From positions 98,644,001-98,704,000 of the forward strand of contig NC_087437.1 in NCBI RefSeq assembly GCF_036321535.1: a stretch of 60,000 nucleotides of DNA. Direction: 5' to 3'. This DNA is from Camelus dromedarius. Taxonomy: Eukaryota. The notes below the pieces were generated by a model. The model was not told the DNA's origin. It saw only the letters and a program-made list of their open reading frames with translations, and searched no databases. Of this stretch, positions 51,255 through 60,000 are shown one piece after another. The stretch's first letter is position 1. Each line of letters starts with the position of its first letter. The translations under genes and the position numbers were made by a program.

Positions 51255-51628
51255 GCTCACACCTGCGTGGTGAGAGAGAGAGAGAGACTGATTATAACGA
51301 ATTGGCTCACGTGGCTGTGGAGGCTGGCGAGTCCAAACTCTGCAGGACAGATACACCAACAAGCTGGAAACCTCAGGAAACAGCTTGAGTCCAAAGACAG
51401 TCTGTACGTAGAAGTCCCTCTTCCTAGGAGAACCTCAGTCTTCTCTTAAAGCCTTCAACTGACTGGGTGAAGTTCACCCCCATCATGGATAGTAATCCAC
51501 CAAAGGCTACAAACTTAAATGTTAATCTCATCTAAATAAATGCCTTCAAGCAACATCCTGACCAGTGTTTGTACAAATATCTGGGAATGGGGGCCCAACC
51601 AAGTTGACACATCAAATTAATTATCACA
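51183..51628 (-). mobile_element. MLT2B-like ERVL solo LTR with internal (TG)n/(GA)n
   Basis: gagttctccagaaagacagaatagga...aattggctcacgtggctgtggaggctggcgagtcc...caagttgacacatcaaattaattatcaca. 5-bp TSD gtatg at 51178-51182 and 51629-51633. Confidence 0.9.
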
Positions 51629-51957
51629 GTATGTCAGCAAGAGGTGCTACACAGCTACTGTTATCTTAGTCACTTAGTGTTGGGCTTCTCTGATGTTAGT
51701 GTTCATTCTTCAGGGTTCTCAGGGACAAAAAGGACTCACAGGAACCAAGCCAAAAAGACAAATTATTTACACAATAGTTTTACAGCACTGCTCTCTCCGC
51801 TGGGCTGGTGAGATTTGGGTTAAACTACATGTTTTCTATGACTCAGTACCTCATACAAGGAATCCAGGCTTATAGGCTCTTCCCAAATGCAGACTGTGAG
51901 GAAACACCAGTGAGCCTCAATTTTCCACCCACATGTTAAATGGATTTGTATGGTGAG

Positions 51958-51958
<1 letters not shown>

Positions 51959-51990
<32 letters not shown>
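51959..51990. repeat. (TG)16 microsatellite
   Basis: Read directly. Confidence 0.95.
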
Positions 51991-51991
<1 letters not shown>

Positions 51992-52084
51992 CGGGGGGAA
52001 GTCTACCTAGAATTTCTTCCCATTTCTTTTAGCAAAATTATTTCCATTTGCCTCAGAGGAGCAAGACCTCAAAGATATTATTCT

Positions 52085-52265
52085 GGTATGGGTTTGAGGC
52101 AACTGGTGGCCACCGTATGGAATCTGAGAAAGGAACAGAATCAGAAGACCAATAGATGGAACCTGGCCACATTTGCAAACAAGTCCTACCTGAAGTCAAT
52201 GTTATCCTTGGATTGCTTCATCAATAAATTCCCCTTTTCTCTTAAGCCAGTTTGAATTGAGTGGT
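52085..52265 (+). mobile_element. MLT1J/K-like LTR 3' fragment
   Basis: caataaattccccttttctcttaagccagtttgaattgag is the typical old MLT1 3' end. Confidence 0.65.
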
Positions 52266-52389
52266 TTTTTTTTTTAATCATTTCAAGTAAAGGGCCACTA
52301 AATATATTAAAATTAATTCCTGGAATGTTGTTTTGCAAAAGCTGGAACGTAGAATGTGAATTAGCTAAAACTTTCTGGTCAACACATAA

Positions 52390-52640
52390 AATAATCCCCA
52401 GACTTCTGACATCTACCAAGATAAAGTAGGAGACGGTGCCCCTCCTTTTTAAAAGAGGCTTTCCAAAAGTGCCATACTACACTTCAGCTTACATCTTGTT
52501 GGCAAGAACTCAGTCACTTGCCCTTACTTGGCTGCAAGGGAAATATATCTTTGGATGGGTGGCAATGTGCCCATCTATAAAAATCAGGGTTGTTTTACTA
52601 GGAGCGATGGTAACCATAGAAAATAAAATAGCAATTTCTC
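52390..52640 (-). mobile_element. MLT1J/K-like LTR fragment
   Basis: cacttcagcttacatcttgttggcaagaactcagtcacttgcccttacttggctgcaaggga. Confidence 0.7.
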
Positions 52641-53412
52641 ATATAGACAGGAAATTCATCTTTAATTTCTCATCAAAAGGAAGAATAAAAAATCAACAAT
52701 GAAGTTCAGTATAGACATGGCAGAAATGGGGAGGTTCCGTCAGGATCATTCTCAACATTAGCCATCAGAGGGCCAAGATAAGAAAGTTCCTGAACTCGTT
52801 AGCAAAATTCCTGCAGCAAAGAGGAACACGCCAGTTCCAGTGCCAACATCTGCAATATGACAAGGTGGACCTCAATAGGTTGTAAATTGGTTCAGAGCTC
52901 ACTTAGGCCAGACCAGCGCTGGGAGCTTCCCCACACGGACAGTAAAAATAATGAGTTTTTATGAAGAGCTTTATATTTTTGGTTTGATGTAGGTAGAGGA
53001 TACTGCAAGCAAAGCCATCACCCAAGACCATCCATGCTGCTGCCCCCTCGGAGTAGTCTGTCTTGCCCTAAGAGGATATATTCATGTCAAAATTTTGACT
53101 TAGGTTATGCCCTCATATCTCTAAGGGGAACATTTCTAGAATATTTCAGAGAAAGCCTCAATTGCATCAGCATAATTCAAACTTTGTTTCAAGGCATGTG
53201 GTTTAGAAATATTTACAGAGTCATAGTTTCAGCTCTGGATACTCAGTGGGTCTCAATGTACATGTGCTAGATGTGCAAACACTGACAACAACCCTGGAAC
53301 AAGAGCAGAAGAGTAGACAAAATGTCACCCAAGTGAGCTCTACTTGGGGTCCTTCAGTCTTGTGGGACAACTTAGAGTCTTCTTGCATAGCTCTAGGAGC
53401 GGGTTACTCATG

Positions 53413-53481
53413 GATAGATGGATAGGTAGGTAGGTAGATAGAAACATAGACAGATAAATAGATAGACAGACAGATAGGTAG
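53413..53481. repeat. Compound (GATA/GGTA/GACA)n tetranucleotide repeat
   Basis: Read directly. Confidence 0.9.
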
Positions 53482-53852
53482 AGTTTCCTGATCACACCTA
53501 ACTTGAGAGAGTCATCGTTCTCTGCCTGTATTTGCAAAGATTTGCAGAAAGCTTACCTTTTGCCTAATTACCTCTCCCTCCGTTTTTTTTTTTTTTTAAT
53601 TCATCTCCTGTCACTGTTTTTTTCATCCCATCCTGCAGCCTCAAACATGGAACACATTGTTTTACCATGCTTCTCTTATGTAACTACAGACCCAGGGCTA
53701 ACGTAAAAATTCCTCTTCCTTTATTTTGCAGAGCAGTTCAGTTTTCTTGTCCTCACTCTTCTTCCTTTAAGAACTTCTCTGGGACTTCTCTTAACCCCAT
53801 CAGAAATGACCAGTGATGTCTTTTGTTAAACAAAAGCAATATTTAAGGTCTT

Positions 53853-53981
53853 TTTTGCAGTGGGGGGGTTATTAGGTTTATTTATTTATTTATTTTTTAT
53901 TTTTAATGGAGGTACTGGGGATTGAACCCAAGACTTTGTGGATGCTAAGCACATGTTCAACCTCTGAGCTATACCCTCCCC
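53853..53981 (-). mobile_element. tRNA-derived SINE, camelid Vic-1 type
   Basis: Minus strand ggggagggtatagctcagaggttgaacatgtgcttagcatccacaaagtcttgggttcaatccccagtacctcc, then (aaat)n, a C-run and an A tail. Pol III A and B boxes present. 9-bp TSD taaggtctt at 53844-53852 and 53983-53991. Confidence 0.88.
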
Positions 53982-54239
53982 ATAAGGTCTTATAATTATG
54001 ATATCACTTTCAACATCATCACAAATTCTTAAGCATGGCCTGCATTCCCATCAGTTTTTGTAGGTGAAAGAGAATTTATTCTTCTACTAACATGAATTAT
54101 TATATCTCATGACAAAATGCAGAAGTGTAATTTTTTCATTTTAGATAGAAAATGCATTTTATATGAGAATCTTATATACAATAACTGATAAAAATTATGT
54201 TCTGTAACGATTTCTTAACAATAATACTTTAGTCTTTAT

Positions 54240-54410
54240 TTCAATAATAACCTGCTGTGGATAGAGCTCCTGGCAGATGACAAGTGCAGGTCTAATGCAC
54301 TGTGTCCTTCATTCATTTAATCTTCACAAGAACCTTGTAAGGCAAGTCTTCATTGTTTCCATTTTACTGATGAGAAGATTGAGACTCATAAAGAATAAGC
54401 ATTTGAATGA
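54240..54410 (-). mobile_element. MIR
   Basis: tcatttaatcttcacaagaaccttgtaaggcaag...ccattttactgatgagaagattgagactca. Confidence 0.8.
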
Positions 54411-55649
54411 ACCTAGTGTTACTGCGGACTTTGGTGTACTTAGAGGCCATAGGATGGCCTCCACCACTTCATCCCCCCAAATCCATCTGGGATCTCTCTC
54501 CCAGTCTAGCTGTCCCTCAGCCCATGGCAGCCCAAAGAGTGCAAATCCATCCCCAGTCTTCAGCTTTAGATTATGTAAAATTCAAACTCGATTCCACTCT
54601 ACTCAGTCCACACTCAACAGTCATCCTTTTTCTGAGAAAGGATTCCGTAAAAAAATTTCTGATCTGTTTACACCCTCTTCCACCCCATGAGATATAAACC
54701 TCCCAGGCAGAGCAGAGACAAACTATTCAGTCATATAAAGGGGAGCTGACAACTGCTCTAGTCTCGGTTTTCCATGGCCACCCCTATCCCAGGCTGATGC
54801 CATATTCAGGGGCTGTTCTGGTAGGAGTATAAATTTTACTGCCCCCAGGAGCTGCCACGAGAGCTTGTTAAACAAGACAAGAATTATCATTTTCATTCCA
54901 TATGTCCTCCCCTTGGAAATGCTTTATGACTGACTTGGGTTTATCCCCTAGCAACCCATTCTCGCTTTTAGGGAAAAGGAGATAAAATACTTGACATTTG
55001 CTTCAAAGACTGGCTCAGAATAATATTAAGGAAAATTCTGAGATGTCTCAAACTAGTTGGAGGGACAGGAAACGTGGAGCAGACAGATCTCTGCCTCAGT
55101 GAGTGGTCTGAATGCAGGCTTTACCCCAACATATGGCTGACCTGTACTGTGTAGCCACGCTCTGTATTCCCCTAAACTGAGGCACCAATTGGATATAGTC
55201 CGGAGAAGAATAGAAAAAGCTGCTTAACATATGGCAAGAACCTATATAATTCCCTGCAAATAATAAACCCCATTTCTCTGACAACCTAACCAATGTTGAC
55301 CAGACCTTGCCACATTTTTTTGCTGCTCTGGTTGATCCTCGACCCCTGTATGATATCTGCTCCTTCAAATGACAACATTTTTCCTGGCCAAAAAAAAAAA
55401 GAAAAAAAAGAGCATTTCTTGGGTCATTTTGTGTGCATTTAGTTTATAAGTGTGACACGATTCTAAGATTTCTTATTCTTTCCAATTACAAAAATGTTTG
55501 CAATTAGGAAAAAAGAAACTTAAATATTGATTTAGCAAAACAAATAAGAGGTAGCTTGACCGTATTGAGTCGATCAGACGCCAGGCTACATGAAGGCATG
55601 GGCATACCCAATGTAACATTCCTACTGAAATATTTTATAGTCTTTGTAA

Positions 55650-56140
55650 ACCCAACATGTTCCAAATCCAATTCATGACCTCATGTCCATAGTATACCCA
55701 ATCCTTTTTGTCTCCATAAGTTCATTATCCTCCATGGGAGGATATGCCCAAAACCTCCATGGTTGTATGCCCAAAAAACTGCAAGTCTTCTAACATCACC
55801 TTCTTTCCCATTCCTAGTATTCAAGCCACCATCAAGTCCTTTGATTTAACATGCAAAATATCGCTGGGCTTTATACACTTTTCTTACCTGCACTAGGCCT
55901 GCCTCAGCCAAGGTAGTCCACTGTGCTTATCCATAGCTCTGTCTCTTGCTCTGTTTAAATCTATGCCTACCCTGCAGCCAAAATAGCCTTTGAAAAATGC
56001 AAATATGATGATGTATTTTCTTGCTTAATATCCATCAAAGATTTTCCATTGCTCTTAGGATAAATATCAAAGTCCTTATTACAGTCTTATGACCCAGCGA
56101 GTCTAGACTTCCCTTACTGTGAAAGCCTCATCTTAAGCCA
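55650..56140 (+). mobile_element. L2 fragment
   Basis: caacatgttccaaatccaattcatg; gcagccaaaatagcctttgaaaaatgcaaatatgatgatgt; ttccattgctcttaggataaatatcaaagtcctta. Confidence 0.8.
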
Positions 56141-57468
56141 GTTTCTGTGTGGTCTGTTTGAGTGTTGTCTGCGTGTGTATTTGTGTGTGTATGGACAAGT
56201 GTGAATGTGTTTTTGTAATTTATAGAGTTGTTATAGTAGCGATTGGGAATTACCATCCTTCCTTTCACCCTAGATCTGCATGTTGCCCCACTGGTTGTGT
56301 CTCAGTACTGGAGAAGCCTTAATGTCAGTGAGAATTAACAACCATCCCCTGGTGCCCTGCCAGGGTCCTGCAGGTCCATGATCCAGCAGGACTGTAAGCT
56401 TCATTGTAAGCTCATAAGCCATCATAGCTTCCACTGTCCACTGGGCACCCTTCTAAGGAGCAACCTTCTTACCTGAAGTGTTAGCTTCAGGAAAGTGCTT
56501 ATTAATCATTCCAGCTGCAGTTCCTGGGCTGGTGCTTGTTGTTGGGTGTGGAGGGCTGTTTCTCAAGTGTAATGGCCCTCAACCTGTTAAGGAATTCCCC
56601 TCCCCCCTTTTTAATATCCTGTCATAAGATTAATAGTTCAAATGTGATGTCACATGCAAACATCCTGATAAGATCTTACTTAATGAAAAGCAAGCAAAGA
56701 CTTTCTTTTGAGAACATATGTCTTTTGAGAAATTCAAAGCAAATTGGAGATAGCGTGGAAAATGTCTCAGGAAAAGAAAAAGTTCTAAATGAGAACATTT
56801 ATCATCATCATAGATTCATGTGGGCTGTCAAGACACAATAAAGATTTTAACTCATTTTGTCTCCGGCAGCCTTTTCCACAAGGACCTTCATTAACAATCC
56901 TCCCTGCTTGACCTGTTTCTGCTCAGCCACATCTCCCACTGTGGAGGACAGGGTGTGAAATATATCTTTTCAAATGGATGTCATTGATTTTAATATACCT
57001 TTAATAATATTGCAGCTCAGTGTTTTAATTACTCATACTTTTTGGTACTTCCGCCCTCTAGCAATTTTATCTCATAAATCTGATAAGTGCAGTAGACTCT
57101 GACACCCAGATATTAGATGCTCAGCGTACATTGTGGAGAAACCATTTTCTCTGCGGTGGACTCAGAGATGGGTCAAAGGAGTGCCCTGAGGAGCCCAGTC
57201 ACTCTGGCCTGCTGTCCACAGACGGGGGAGGCTTTGATACGCTCACGTGCAGTGGGACATTCTTCTCTGCCCTGTGACAGCACCGCCAGAGAATCCTTAT
57301 CTTACTGTTCAAATGACAGCTTCATTCTGCCATGACTCAACCCTGCCCAGTCTACCTCAGTCGTAATGCAACACTTCTCTGAGCTTCACTAGACCATAGT
57401 GTTTATCTTAAGTATTTAGCTTCTCGTAATTTATTCCGATTAATTCTTTTTATATGCATTTTGCCCAC

Positions 57469-57909
57469 TGTTGCAGGTTAAAATGTTTCCCCCAAAAATT
57501 CACATGTTGAAATCCTAACCCCCCACTCTCTGAGACTGTCTTATGTATAAATAGGCTTGGGACATGCAATTAGCTAAGTTAAGATGAGATCATACTAGAG
57601 GAAGGTAGGTCCTTAATCCAATATGATGGTTTCCTTATAAAAAGGGAGAATTTGGACCCAGATGGGTACAGAGGGAAGATAATGTGTGGGCACAGAAAGA
57701 ACACCATCTATAAGCCAACGGACACCCGAGGCTACCAACAGCTGGGGAAAAGGCAAGGAACAGTCTCCCTCCGGCTCATAGAAAGAGTCACCCCTGCCAA
57801 CACCTGGATTTCAGAAATAGCCACCAGAACGGTGAGACAATACATTTCCGTTGCTCTAAGCTACCCAGTTTGTGGTACTTTGTTAAGGCTACCTGAAGAA
57901 ACAAATATA
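57469..57909 (+). mobile_element. MLT1B-like MaLR solo LTR inserted in an L2 tail
   Basis: tgttgcaggttaaaatgtttcccccaaaaattcacatgttgaaatcctaacccc...cagtttgtggtactttgtta. Perfect 5-bp TSD cccac at 57464-57468 and 57910-57914. Confidence 0.9.
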
Positions 57910-58025
57910 CCCACTAAAGTATGAATTTCTTAAAGACAAAGATCTAAGTTTATTCATCTTTGTGTCACCTGAAATAGTCCCAGCATGAGGTAGATACTCA
58001 ACAAATGGTTTATTAAACGTAGTTG
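57910..58025 (+). mobile_element. L2 3' terminus (continues from about 57330-57468)
   Basis: ccactaaagtatgaatttcttaaagacaaagatctaagtttattcatctttg...gtagatactcaacaaatgg. Confidence 0.7.
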
Positions 58026-59234
58026 TATGAGAAGTGAAACGTGACCAGGCACAAAGCTGATTTGTTAGAGAGTAAAGACCAATGGTAAAAGGACAGACTC
58101 TTCCATCACTGCGAGAGATGGGTGGGAGGAGATGATACCAAGGGGCAGATATTTTAGCAGAGATGATTCAGTCCACAGCCTTGGATAGCAAGCAGGTGCC
58201 GAAGCATGCCTCTAAGGTGTGTCTAACACAGTCAGGGAGACAGGCAAGCAGGCTCACGGAAATCCTGCAAGGCTGAGCATTAGGATCTAGTTTGCATTTA
58301 TTCAGCGATCTTACAAATGGACAATAAACTCAGAAACACAGTGGTGTGGCTCAGGGGAAAACAGTGCTCTGGAAGCAAATGTTCTTGCAAAAACCAGAAG
58401 GCAAATCACAGGGGAGACTGTGGGATACGGAAGAAAGGATTGATAGCAAGCAACTGGGATTCTTCAGACAACCTCAGACATGTGAGGCTGACACAGGAAG
58501 TCCCTTGGAAGCCTGACCTTGACCTGGTGCTGAGCTGAAGCCCAAGATCCACTTTGCATTTGGGGGTGTGGCCAAAGATAGATCTGTCTCAAGATGGTCT
58601 TTAAAGAGCGCTAGTTTCTACAAAAGATTGTAATAGAGTTGCTTGAGTCTGGGATAAAGTAACTTGACACAGTCCATCTATTTTGGGTATCAGTTCATAT
58701 CTAATTGAAGAGAGTAACTATAACTGTAAAGCAGTGATTGACTCAAGGAGAAATTGCAAAGTAGCTGGTCTTTTTGTGCAAGCAGCCTGTGCAGGTTTTC
58801 TGTTAGGTCTGTATACTTGGCCCAATTTTCCTTTTCTCAAAGTTGGAGTTAGTTGCCAAAATGACCACTCAGGAGCATTAGTCAAAGTGTTGCTTCTTTC
58901 ATTCATGGCACTAGTCTGGCCCCTGTCATTATTTATGGGCCTGATCCTGGACTTAAAGTTCAGCATGGAACAAACTGATTAAATCCCTCTGGTTTTCCTT
59001 AACATTTAAAAAAATTCTTTTCAAGTAGGATATAGAATAATGTTGGCCTCAATTGCTTTCATTTACATATATCTAAATGCAAATTCTAGGACTAGATTCT
59101 AGAGAAAAATCCTCACTGTCCTACTTGTAACAAACATTTGCAGTGTAAAAATGTCTAGATGAAAATAAAGCATGACTAAGCCAGATGGACACTGAAGTGA
59201 CATAACTAATAAGAGTTTAAAAAAAGTAATTGGT

Positions 59235-59365
59235 TTTATGATTCTGTAAGTAACAAGTGACAATCACAGAAAACTTGAAAATACAGCAAATTATAAAGAA
59301 AAAAAAATCACCCACAATCCTATTACCTAAAGAGAACAACTGTTGAGGCTTTCCTGCGTCTTTTC
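59235..59365 (-). mobile_element. Old L1 (L1ME/MC) 3' terminal fragment
   Basis: cagaaaacttgaaaatacagcaaattataaagaaaaaaaaatcacccacaatcctattacctaaagagaacaactgttg. Confidence 0.6.
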
Positions 59366-60000
59366 TCTGCCTGGAATGTCATACTCCTTTTAATCTTCAA
59401 ATCAAATGTAATCTAAGGCCTCACCAGCAGAGTTGGAGGAAAGGCTTAATCATTATTAACCACTATACTGCATGGACGTTGGGTGAAGTGATATCTTCCA
59501 AAAAAGTTTTATGTGATCTTTCACAGTCTCAAGACCATTCTGGAAAGGGATTTTTTCATCTTCATTCCGCACTGGTCACTACATTTATCTAACTTTTTAA
59601 AGCCAGGCATAGGGATCTTTGATATGGTTTTGACTACTCAGCCCTGACCATCTCTGTTTTCCCCAGTCCTTCACTACACATTTGTATTATCCCTCCAAGT
59701 CATGTTACTACTGGACTGAGTGTCACCATGGGAATGGAGACAGGTCTCCTCTAACTAAGGAACCTGGAAAAAAATCCCACCTACTTCCCAGTGATGGGAA
59801 AAGCTTCCTATACTTCTGGCCAAGTCTCCTGTTTCCACTTAGCCTCCTTCAGAAAACGTTTGCCTCCTGGCCACCATTCCCGTAACCTGGCATAACCTCG
59901 CCTCTAGGAGGCTGGGTGGAGGTGGTTGTGGGATCTACTGAATGTCTGGCAACTTTCGCTTTTGGCCCTCCCTCCCACTAAATTTCAGTTGAGTTAAAGA

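Noticed and set aside
3952..53481. Tandem arrays as CRISPR-like structures
   Set aside because: They are simple 1-4 nt microsatellites with no repeat-spacer architecture, in a eukaryotic context.
53905..53981. tRNA gene
   Set aside because: The tRNA-like head has an AT-rich tail and a TSD, so it is a SINE.
1..60000. The supplied six-frame ORFs as protein-coding genes
   Set aside because: All are short (137 aa or less), many start at non-ATG codons, many overlap repeats or microsatellites, and none resembles a cellular protein I recognise.

Overview
This is AT-rich, CpG-depleted, repeat-dense mammalian genomic DNA, either a long intron or an intergenic region. It is probably from a camelid (alpaca, llama or camel). 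The basis is a tRNA-derived Vic-1-type SINE at 53853-53981 and young L1 3' ends that I recall as camelid/cetartiodactyl type. Much of the window is transposon debris: L1, L2, MIR, CR1/L3, MaLR/ERVL/ERV1 solo LTRs and MER5/MER91 DNA elements, often nested and sometimes with readable target-site duplications (TSDs). I found no protein-coding gene, RNA gene, CRISPR array or prokaryotic system. The supplied ORFs are chance ORFs or L1 remnants, and I found no convincing novel biological system. The best leads are a CpG-retaining unique block at about 18.7-19.5 kb with a strong 47-nt exon-like unit, two minus-strand exon-like units (10388-10540 and 41106-41165), a possible hAT transposase fossil and a few enhancer- or promoter-like unique segments. 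Subfamily names come from recalled consensus sequences, not a database search. Boundaries without a TSD are approximate.
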